This document shows, in pieces, positions 27,741 to 36,319 of a DNA stretch of 64,000 bases. Numbering within the stretch: position 1 is the first letter of the stretch; each line of letters opens with the position of its first letter. The notes under the pieces are model-generated. The model did not search any database. It was not told the DNA's origin and saw only the letters and a program-made list of their open reading frames with translations. The DNA is from Candidatus Woesebacteria bacterium (GTDB lineage: Bacteria > Patescibacteriota > Microgenomatia > UBA8517), in NCBI GenBank assembly GCA_013374855.1, contig CP055308.1:272715-336714 (forward strand), read 5' to 3'. A program made the position numbers and the translations under genes.

Positions 27741-28414
27741 TCTGAACGAAGTAGGGTCATAGGATCAAAGGGTATTCCATCTTTTCTTACCTCGAAGTGA
27801 AGATGATCTCCAGTTGCTCGACCAGTTGAACCCATGTTGGCTATTTTTTGACTAGTTGTTACTTCGTCTCCCACTTTAACAAATATTTTTGAAAGATGTG
27901 CATAAAGAGAGGTTATTCCGTTTCCATGATCAATAAGAATTGCATTTCCGTATCCTGTTTTTGAAAATTGGACTCCTTTTACTTTACCTTTGGCAAATGG
28001 GTAAATTGGATCTCCTGTAATACCGTCAAAATCAATTCCCGGATGGAAGAATTTGTACCCTTGAGTTATTTTTATCTGATCAACTGGATACCGAATTGAT
28101 TTTTGGGTAGTTGTTGAAGAATCGTGTGTTGTTACCACCACTGTTTGAGGATCAATTAAGTTTGGATTCTTGATGTCGGTTTGAGGTAAAACAGAGCTTG
28201 CAACAAGAATTAGTGGTAAGTTTGTGCCAAGAATTTTTTTTATTCTTTGGTTTTCAAAGATAAGCCTAAAATACCTTGAAATTTTAGAACCCTTTTTAAT
28301 ATTTTTAATAACATCTGTGTTTGGAATAAGCGGCTCAATAGATTCTCCCCGCCTTTTAACAAGTGTTATATCAAGGCGTTTCTTGAGGGGCAGATTTATT
28401 GAAAGTTTTATCAT
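27737..28414 (-). CDS. M23 family metallopeptidase
   Basis: [27 protein letters not shown]. Confidence 0.92.
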   Translation of the reverse strand: MIKLSINLPLKKRLDITLVKRRGESIEPLIPNTDVIKNIKKGSKISRYFRLIFENQRIKKILGTNLPLILVASSVLPQTDIKNPNLIDPQTVVVTTHDSSTTTQKSIRYPVDQIKITQGYKFFHPGIDFDGITGDPIYPFAKGKVKGVQFSKTGYGNAILIDHGNGITSLYAHLSKIFVKVGDEVTTSQKIANMGSTGRATGDHLHFEVRKDGIPFDPMTLLRSD

Positions 28415-28418
28415 AAGG

Positions 28419-28514
28419 CTCCTTATTTTTTTAAGGAGTTTTGGGGCAGTAAAAAAGCTCGCATATTTTTGCGAGCTAGGAAGTATTATAGCAAAAATTA
28501 GGCCAAAAAGTCAA
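28419..28514 (-). promoter_or_regulatory. Promoter and structured 5' leader of the M23 gene
   Basis: TTGACT(28514-28509)-18-TATAAT(28490-28485) with extended TG; hairpin 28456-28477 followed by U-run; second hairpin 28419-28438 pairs with the AAGGAG SD. Confidence 0.6.
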
Positions 28515-28713
28515 GTTTTAGATCTTTGCTTTATTTTTTAGTTTCCTTTTGTAAACACTTTTTTGTTAACTAAGTCATGAGTGAAGGGGATTCCAAGTGT
28601 ATAAAGTGCAACACTTTTTGCTTCAGCACAAACAGGATGATTAAAAAATAATTTTGTATTACAATTGCAGGTGAGGGTGTTCTGTATTAATAGTCTGCTA
28701 TTTTAACACCCTA

Positions 28714-28823
28714 ATGTCTAAAAATATTTCACCAATAGACAAAAATATAAACAAATCATTTACTATACGCGATTTGCCAAAAGAAGAAAGACCACGCGGA
28801 AGGTTGATTAAATTTGATGGTCA
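28714..28823 (+). pseudogene. radC: 5' fragment of radC (UPF0758)
   Basis: SFTIRDLPKEERPRGRLIKFDG matches the RadC N-terminus (DLP..ERPRERL...G); similarity ends at the stop of the convergent NUDIX gene. Confidence 0.75.
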
Positions 28824-29336
28824 ATCTCTCTTTCTCCAGAGATCTCTTGCATCCTTAAACATTACTTCGCCTACCTCTCCCCATTTTATGTACTCCGTAA
28901 TTTTATCAGCAGGTACAAATTTCCTTTCCCATGTTTTACCACTTGCAGGATCTGGTGATTGGGGCAAAATTTCCTCAACTTCACAAATACACCTGACTTG
29001 GTAAAAGACACTCCCCTCTTGTTTGTTTGGGTTGTCTGGAAACTCAACCCTTTGTACGCCTAGGACTTTTATATTTCTAACTTTGATGTCTACCTCTTCT
29101 AATAGTTCTCTTGAGAGGGTATTTTCCACGCTTTCTCCAATTTCTGGTTTCCCACCAGGAAGTTGCCATTTATTGTCTGTTTCTTCTCTACAGATAAGAA
29201 TCTCGCCCTTTTTATTAAAACAAATACCGTAGACTTGAGTTATTGGCTTAAACCTTTCTACAGAATCTGTTTCTATCCAACTCATAGTTACTTTTTGCCC
29301 GTTAGAAACATATGATGACTTGGGGTATTTTTTCAT
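28821..29336 (-). CDS. NUDIX hydrolase
   Basis: PGGKPEIGESVENTLSRELLEEVD Nudix box; start chosen at MKKYP. Confidence 0.9.
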   Translation of the reverse strand: MKKYPKSSYVSNGQKVTMSWIETDSVERFKPITQVYGICFNKKGEILICREETDNKWQLPGGKPEIGESVENTLSRELLEEVDIKVRNIKVLGVQRVEFPDNPNKQEGSVFYQVRCICEVEEILPQSPDPASGKTWERKFVPADKITEYIKWGEVGEVMFKDARDLWRKRD

Positions 29337-29677
29337 TCTAGTTGATATTATATGGAACACAAACTAGGGTCAACTAGGGGTTTAATGATAGAATAAGTTT
29401 ACGAAATTAAAGCTCACAGTTTTTGATTTTTAAGCCTTCTTGTCAAGCTAGACACAATATAAATTTTTTGTTAAATTAGTTAAACCTAGAAAAGATTTTT
29501 TAGTTTTTTTAAACTACACTTTTTGGTTGCTTCTGAATTTTTTACTCAACGAAAGCGAGAAATAGTTTCAAAGATGCGATATAATATCGGCAGAGATTGA
29601 TGATGGGCAAAAGTGGATACAATTTGAAACATTAGAATAATGGATGTTTTAGCTATCAATTTATTTAGGTAATAACT

Positions 29678-32600
29678 ATGTTAAATAATTCTGATTTAAC
29701 ATTTATCACAAATGAAAAAGGCCAAAATCTTCTTGAGAGATTTAAGGTGTTGATTAAAGATACCGAATTTTTTGATGTTTTGGTTGGTTATTTCTACACA
29801 AGTGGTTTTTACGCGTTGTATAAATCTTTAGAAAAGGCAAAAAGGATTAGGATCCTAATTGGTATTGGTACTGGCAAAAGAACTGTAGAATTGATAGATA
29901 AGGCTAAACAATCAGAATTGCAATTTTCTCACGCGGAGACAAAAGAACATTTTTCAAATTTGCTTGTTAATGAGATGGAGAATTCACAGGATAGCAAGTC
30001 GGTGGAGGAAGGAGTAATGAAATTTTTGGAATGGTTGCAAAACGGGAAATTAGAAATAAAAGCTTACCCAACAGAAAATATCCATGCTAAGTTATACATT
30101 ATGTCCTTTGCTGAAGGGGACCGCGATGTAGGGCGAATTATTACTGGTTCAAGCAATTTTACGCAAGCTGGTTTGGTGGATAATTTTGAATTTAATGTAG
30201 AATTAAAAAATCGTGCTGATTATGAATTTGCCAAAGCTAAATTTGAGGAACTCTGGAAACATGCTGTAGATGTAAAGGATAAATATATACAAACGATCAA
30301 AGAAAGAACTTGGTTAAATAATACTATTACTCCTTATGAACTTTATCTTAAATTTCTATATGAGTATTTTAAAGATGAACTTCTTCAAACAGATGAAGTC
30401 ATCTTCAAATACGTTCCGTCAGAATTTAAACGATTAGAATATCAAGAGCAAGCAGTATTAAACGCAAAAAAAATTCTTGAAGAATACGGTGGTGTTTTTA
30501 TTTCTGATGTTGTTGGGCTTGGTAAAACTTATATTTCTGCCATGCTTGCTAATCAACTTGATGGCAGAAGTTTAGTCATAGCGCCACCAGTGCTTTTAGA
30601 AAAAGATAATCCTGGTTCCTGGCCAAATGTATTTTCTGATTTTAGAGTACCGGCAGATTTTGAATCTCTTGGCAAATTGGATTATCTCATTCGGCGCGGC
30701 ACCGAAAAATATAGGAACATTTTCATTGACGAGGCACATCGTTTCAGAACGGAGTCAAACATAACTTTCGAAAAACTAGCTCAAATTTGTCGAGGTAAAA
30801 GAATCATTCTTGTCACAGCTACCCCTTATAACAATTCTCCAAAAGATATTCTAAGTCAAATCAAACTTTTTCAAAAAACTAAGAAAAGTACAATTCCTAA
30901 TTTACCAAATTTGGAGATCTTTTTTTCCAAACTTGAAAAACGCCTCAAAAATTTGGATAGATATAAAAACAGTGCTAAATACATTGAAATCTCTAAAGAA
31001 AATGCAAAAGAAATTAGGGAGAAGGTTCTTAAATATATTATGGTAAGAAGAACTAGGACAGAGATTGAAAAATACTTCAGTGATGATTTGAAAAAACAAA
31101 ACCTAAAGTTTCCTAGAGTAGAAGACCCGGAGCCGGTTTTTTATGAGTTAGATGACGAAGAAGATAAAATATTTAATCAAACGATTGAGCTCATTACCAA
31201 AAAATTTAAGTACGCTCGCTATATGCCTTTACTTTACTATAAGGGAAAACTTACTCAACCAGAAGAACTATCTCAAAGGAATATGGGAAGATTTATGAAA
31301 ATTCTTCTGGTTAAGCGGCTGGAGAGCAGTTTTTATGCCTTTAGAAAGAGCATTGAGCGATTTATTATTTATTACGAGAAGTTTTTTAAAGAATTTGAAG
31401 AAGGTAATGTCTATGTGAGTAAAAAATATACCTACAAAATCTTTGAACTACTTGAAAATGACGATGAAGAAAAGATTCAACGCTTAATAGAAGAAGATAA
31501 AGCTAGGAAATACTCGGCTAAAGATTTTAGAAAAGAACTTAAGTTAGATTTAAAACAGGATCTGGAAACTTTAAAAGATATCCAAAAACTTTGGCAAAAT
31601 ATTAAACGTGATCCAAAACTGCTCAAATTTATTGAAATGCTTTCTTCTCATCCAATTTTAAAGAAACAGAAATTAATTATTTTTACTGAATCGAAAGAAA
31701 CTTGCGATTATCTTTATAAAAATTTAGAGAAAAAACTTCCTGATCAAGTTTTATCCTATTCAGGTACTTCAAGCACTGTTATTAGAGAGAAAGTTATTGA
31801 AAATTTTGATGCTCGAGCTCACTTTCCTAAAGATGATTACCGGATATTGATAAGTACAGAGGTTCTATCGGAAGGTGTTAACCTTCATCGTTCCAATGTG
31901 GTGATTAACTATGATATTCCATGGAACCCAACTCGATTAATGCAAAGAGTAGGTCGCATTAACCGAGTTGATACTTCTTTTGATAAAATTTATGCTTTTA
32001 ATTTTTTTCCCACCAAACAATCTAACAGTTTAATAAAACTAAAAGAAGCCGCTGAGGCAAAAATTCATACCTTTATGACTTTACTTGGCGATGATGCTAG
32101 AATTCTTACTGAAGGGGAGCCTATTGGTTCACATGAATTATTTAATCGTTTGGTTTCCAAAAAAACGATCACAGGCGAAGATGAAAAAGAGGAAAGTGAA
32201 CTTAAATATTTACGAATTATTAAAAATATCCGTGACAATAATCCTGATCTATTTTCCAAAGTTAAGCAATTACCTAAGAAAGCAAGAACTGCTAGAAAAA
32301 ATAATCAGAAATCTAATTCACTTATCACCTATTTTCGAAAAGGCAAGCTTCAAAAATTCTTTATTGTCAGTAAAAGAGAACCTCAGGAAATAGATTTTAT
32401 TTCAACAGCCAAGTTACTAGAAGCACATTCAGATACGAAGCGCGAAAAACTTGGTCAAGATTTTTATGAATTGCTTGAAAAAAACAAAAAAGCATTTGAA
32501 TTGGTGACTATTGAAGACATCCCGGAATTAAAAATGAGAGGTGGTAGAGATGCGGCAACTCAGATGTTAAAAATATTAAAAGCGTTAAAAGATTTGCGAA

Positions 32601-32860
32601 AGTTTACTGAAGATCAAGAAATTTATTTAAGAAAAGTAATAAGAGAAGTTGAAGAAGGTGGTTTGCCTAAACAAACAACTAAAAATACTCTCAAAGAATT
32701 ACAAAAAGAATTAAAGAATGGTTTAAATCCTCTAAAAATTTTAGGAGTGCTTCAAAAAAATATCCCAAGCGATTTATTAAAAGAACATATTGTTGAAAGT
32801 GCCGCTCAAACTTCCGGACCAAGAGAGGTGATTTTATCAGAATATCTAGTTAGCGCATAG
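29678..32860 (+). CDS. PLD-nuclease + SF2 (SNF2-like) helicase fusion, restriction-associated
   Basis: HAKLY...GSSNFT PLD motif; SDVVGLGKT, DEAH, TATP, SEGVNL, QRVGRINR helicase motifs. Confidence 0.9.
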   Translation: MLNNSDLTFITNEKGQNLLERFKVLIKDTEFFDVLVGYFYTSGFYALYKSLEKAKRIRILIGIGTGKRTVELIDKAKQSELQFSHAETKEHFSNLLVNEMENSQDSKSVEEGVMKFLEWLQNGKLEIKAYPTENIHAKLYIMSFAEGDRDVGRIITGSSNFTQAGLVDNFEFNVELKNRADYEFAKAKFEELWKHAVDVKDKYIQTIKERTWLNNTITPYELYLKFLYEYFKDELLQTDEVIFKYVPSEFKRLEYQEQAVLNAKKILEEYGGVFISDVVGLGKTYISAMLANQLDGRSLVIAPPVLLEKDNPGSWPNVFSDFRVPADFESLGKLDYLIRRGTEKYRNIFIDEAHRFRTESNITFEKLAQICRGKRIILVTATPYNNSPKDILSQIKLFQKTKKSTIPNLPNLEIFFSKLEKRLKNLDRYKNSAKYIEISKENAKEIREKVLKYIMVRRTRTEIEKYFSDDLKKQNLKFPRVEDPEPVFYELDDEEDKIFNQTIELITKKFKYARYMPLLYYKGKLTQPEELSQRNMGRFMKILLVKRLESSFYAFRKSIERFIIYYEKFFKEFEEGNVYVSKKYTYKIFELLENDDEEKIQRLIEEDKARKYSAKDFRKELKLDLKQDLETLKDIQKLWQNIKRDPKLLKFIEMLSSHPILKKQKLIIFTESKETCDYLYKNLEKKLPDQVLSYSGTSSTVIREKVIENFDARAHFPKDDYRILISTEVLSEGVNLHRSNVVINYDIPWNPTRLMQRVGRINRVDTSFDKIYAFNFFPTKQSNSLIKLKEAAEAKIHTFMTLLGDDARILTEGEPIGSHELFNRLVSKKTITGEDEKEESELKYLRIIKNIRDNNPDLFSKVKQLPKKARTARKNNQKSNSLITYFRKGKLQKFFIVSKREPQEIDFISTAKLLEAHSDTKREKLGQDFYELLEKNKKAFELVTIEDIPELKMRGGRDAATQMLKILKALKDLRKFTEDQEIYLRKVIREVEEGGLPKQTTKNTLKELQKELKNGLNPLKILGVLQKNIPSDLLKEHIVESAAQTSGPREVILSEYLVSA

Positions 32861-32863
32861 ATT

Positions 32864-35800
32864 ATGGATGAAGATGCAGCAAAAAATTTAATACGAGAAG
32901 TTTTGGAGAGTTCTTTTAATAAAGAAAAATTTATTTATTTGATAAAAAATATTTTTAACCATATTGAAAATGCCCCTTTCGTTTATAAAGGTAATCTTAT
33001 TTTTGATGACTTTGCAGATTCAATTAAGACTTTAGAACGTATAGGAAAATATAAAGACCCTGAAGATAAACTTATAGATATTCTTATTGTTCATCTTAAA
33101 AAGGAAACTACCCTTGAGCGAGCTAGAACAAAACAAAGAAATTTTATTGCTAAATATCTTAAAGGCAGCCGAGGTGATATTTTGAAAGATGCGGCGTTGG
33201 TGGCTTTTGTATCTCCAAATAATGAAGACTGGCGTTTTTCTCTTGTTAAAATGGAGTATAAGTTTAATGATAAAGGAAAGGTTAAAGAAGAATTCACACC
33301 TGCCCGCCGATATTCTTTTCTCGTTGGTAAGAATGAAAACAGCCATACAGCTCAAAGTCGCCTCTTGCCGCTCCTTTTAAATGATAAAAATAATCCCACG
33401 CTGAAAGAATTAGAGGAGTCATTCAGCGTTGAGCGCGTAACCAAGGAATTTTTTGAAAAGTATCGTGACCTATTTTTGCGAATAAAGGAATCACTTGATG
33501 CTATAGTTAAAAAAGATGCTAAAGTCCGAGCCGATTTCAAGGAAAAAAACATTAATACAGTTGATTTTACCAAAAAACTTTTAGGCCAGATTGTCTTTTT
33601 ATATTTCTTACAGAAAAAAGGTTGGTTTGGAGTTGAAAAAGACAAAGATTGGGGAACTGGCGCAAAAAACTTTTTAAGGTCACTTTTTACAAAGAAAATT
33701 GTTGATTATAAAAATTTCTTTAATGATATTTTAGAACCTCTTTTTTACGAAGCTTTAAGATACGATCGTTCTTATGATAATCATTATTTCAGCTATTTTA
33801 AATGTAAAATTCCATTCCTGAATGGCGGTTTATTTGATCCTATTAATGATTATGATTGGTCAAAAACAGAAATACTCCTGCCAAATGAGCTTTTTTCAAA
33901 CAACCAAAAAACAAAAGAGGGTGACGCCGGCGATGGTATTTTAGATGTTTTTGACCGTTACAATTTTACAGTAAAAGAAGATGAGCCGCTGGAAAAAGAA
34001 GTTGCTATAGACCCGGAAATGCTTGGGAAAGTTTTTGAAAACCTATTGGAAGTAAAAGATAGAAAATCAAAAGGTACATACTACACCCCGCGTGAAATTG
34101 TCCACTATATGTGTCAGGAAAGTTTAATAAATTATCTTTATACCTCTGTGAATGAGGAATTAATGAAAAAAGCAGTTAGACCACAGAAACAGTTAAAACT
34201 TGTTGGCAACGAAGAACCCGAACAACTCAGTCTTCGTACAAAAGAAGAATTGATAAGCAAAGAGGATTTAGAAATATTTATAAAACACGGAGAATTAATA
34301 GCAGAAAATGAAAAAGTAACGATGGTCAGGAAGGAGCATATCAAAGAAGGTAAACTTAAAAGATCGAGTTATAAATTCAAACTTTCCGGGAGTATAAGAG
34401 AAAATGCAAAACTTATAGACGATAAACTAAGAGAAATTAAAGTTTGTGATCCAACCGTCGGCTCTGGTGCCTTTCTGGTGGGAATGATGAATGAGATTGT
34501 TAAAGCAAGACAGGTATTAGAAACTTATATTCAAGCAGGCAAAACCACCTATGATTTTAAGCGTGAATGTATCGAAAAATCTCTTTATGGTGTGGACATT
34601 GATCCAGGTGCGGTAGAAATCGCCAAGCTTCGTCTCTGGCTTTCACTCATTGTGGACGAAGAGAATATTGAAAACATTAAACCCTTGCCAAATTTGGACT
34701 TTAAAATTATGCAAGGTAATAGCTTGCTATCGGAGTTTATGGGAATTGATTTTGACAAAGAATCTGATAATAAAAATGGACAACTACTTATTTCCCACAA
34801 TGACACAAATGTATTGATTGAGGAATTAAAGAGAAAAAAGAAAGAGTATCTTAATAAAGCAAGTGCAGGAGGAAAAAAGGATCTAAAACAGGAGATAGAA
34901 GATTTGATAATTAAAATCTTTGAGGGAAAACTAAAAAGACAAAAGAATGATTACTTTAGCCAAATAAAAACTATTGAAGAAAAATATAAGGTTTTGCTTA
35001 ATATAGAACAGAGAGAAAGTATTATCAAGGAAGAAAAGGAGAAATTGTATAAGGCATCAGGTTTTAATTTAGAGCAATTTGAAAAACAGCTAAGAGAATA
35101 TACTACCGGCAATAAAATCCGCCCATTTTTCCCTTGGAAACTCTATTTTGCTGAAGTCTTTCATGAAAAAGGTGGATTTGATGTGGTAATTGCCAATCCA
35201 CCGTATGTGAGCGTAAAAGAAATAATCCCCCAAGATAAAAAAACTTTTGGTCAGTTGTTTGAGACAGGCAAGGGGCGATTTAATTTATTTACTTTATTTT
35301 TAGAAAAAGGACATAAACTTCTAAGGCCTGACGGGGTGCTAACTTATATTCTCCCAGAAAGTTTATACTTCAATTTTGAATATCGCTTTATTAGAGAATA
35401 TTTGCTAAATCATTCTTCAATTTTATTCGTCAATCTTTTTTCGAGCAGGGTATTTGAAGCCGCCGTTGATACATCCGTCATCAGCTTTGCTAATAAACAA
35501 AAAAGTAACAATTCGTTTCCAGTAATTAGAGACTTAAAAAATTCTAGTTTTAAGTTATCGCAGGAAGAACTTAACCAACTTCCCTTTAAGATTTTCCCTG
35601 TAAACTTAACTCAAAAGTCCAAGCCAATTATTGATAAGTTAATCAGTAATAACTTTGACACCCTCGAAAAAATTCTAGAAATTCAGCAAGGCATTATTTA
35701 TTCCGGCCTTCCCAAAGACAAAGTCTTTTCAAATACCCAAGTCAACAAAACCTACAAGAAGATCTTGGACGGACGGGATGTCTTAAAGTGGAGAATTAAT

Positions 35801-36319
35801 TGGGAAGAAAAACAAGAAAACAGATACATACATTATTCTGATAGGTTACACCGTCCTAGGGAGGAAAGAATTTTTTTAGCGAAAGAAAAGATACTACTTC
35901 CCAGAAAGGCTACCCGAATTTTGGCTGCTTATGATAATAAGCAATATTATGCGCTTAATACAGCTTATTTATGTCTTCCTAAAAGCAAGAAGTACAACCT
36001 TAAATATGTATTGGCTTGTTTGAATTCCAAGCTAATCAATTACTTTTATTCGTCACTCTTTTTTGGGTGGCAAATAACTATTCCAGCACTCAATCTTATG
36101 CCAATCCCCGTACAAAATACCTCGGGTCAAAAACCCTTCATTGATCTCGTTGACAAAATCCTCGCTGTTACCAAAGACGACGACTATTTAGAAAACCCCG
36201 CCAAGCAAGCCAAAGTCCGCGAGTACGAAAAACAAATCGACCAACTTGTTTATAAGCTTTATGGTTTGACAGAAGAAGAGATTAAAATTATTGAAAATGA
36301 AGAAAAAAAGAAGAAATAA
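32864..36319 (+). CDS. Eco57I/Type IIG-like N6-adenine DNA methyltransferase with C-terminal TaqI-like TRD
   Basis: PFLNGGLF, LGKVFENLL, GTYYTP, DPTVGSGAF (motif I), GVDID, ANPPY (motif IV), LNSKL TRD, IDQLVYKLYGLT tail. Confidence 0.92.
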   Translation: MDEDAAKNLIREVLESSFNKEKFIYLIKNIFNHIENAPFVYKGNLIFDDFADSIKTLERIGKYKDPEDKLIDILIVHLKKETTLERARTKQRNFIAKYLKGSRGDILKDAALVAFVSPNNEDWRFSLVKMEYKFNDKGKVKEEFTPARRYSFLVGKNENSHTAQSRLLPLLLNDKNNPTLKELEESFSVERVTKEFFEKYRDLFLRIKESLDAIVKKDAKVRADFKEKNINTVDFTKKLLGQIVFLYFLQKKGWFGVEKDKDWGTGAKNFLRSLFTKKIVDYKNFFNDILEPLFYEALRYDRSYDNHYFSYFKCKIPFLNGGLFDPINDYDWSKTEILLPNELFSNNQKTKEGDAGDGILDVFDRYNFTVKEDEPLEKEVAIDPEMLGKVFENLLEVKDRKSKGTYYTPREIVHYMCQESLINYLYTSVNEELMKKAVRPQKQLKLVGNEEPEQLSLRTKEELISKEDLEIFIKHGELIAENEKVTMVRKEHIKEGKLKRSSYKFKLSGSIRENAKLIDDKLREIKVCDPTVGSGAFLVGMMNEIVKARQVLETYIQAGKTTYDFKRECIEKSLYGVDIDPGAVEIAKLRLWLSLIVDEENIENIKPLPNLDFKIMQGNSLLSEFMGIDFDKESDNKNGQLLISHNDTNVLIEELKRKKKEYLNKASAGGKKDLKQEIEDLIIKIFEGKLKRQKNDYFSQIKTIEEKYKVLLNIEQRESIIKEEKEKLYKASGFNLEQFEKQLREYTTGNKIRPFFPWKLYFAEVFHEKGGFDVVIANPPYVSVKEIIPQDKKTFGQLFETGKGRFNLFTLFLEKGHKLLRPDGVLTYILPESLYFNFEYRFIREYLLNHSSILFVNLFSSRVFEAAVDTSVISFANKQKSNNSFPVIRDLKNSSFKLSQEELNQLPFKIFPVNLTQKSKPIIDKLISNNFDTLEKILEIQQGIIYSGLPKDKVFSNTQVNKTYKKILDGRDVLKWRINWEEKQENRYIHYSDRLHRPREERIFLAKEKILLPRKATRILAAYDNKQYYALNTAYLCLPKSKKYNLKYVLACLNSKLINYFYSSLFFGWQITIPALNLMPIPVQNTSGQKPFIDLVDKILAVTKDDDYLENPAKQAKVREYEKQIDQLVYKLYGLTEEEIKIIENEEKKKK

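Noticed and set aside
28824-29004. C-terminal part of the 96-aa ORF as a real protein
   Set aside because: Antisense shadow of the NUDIX gene; only the first ~36 codons resemble RadC
29362-29640. AACTAGGG direct repeat and a short open stretch (RCDIISAEIDDGQKWIQFETLE) upstream of the helicase
   Set aside because: Too short to distinguish from chance; possibly gene debris but unsupported
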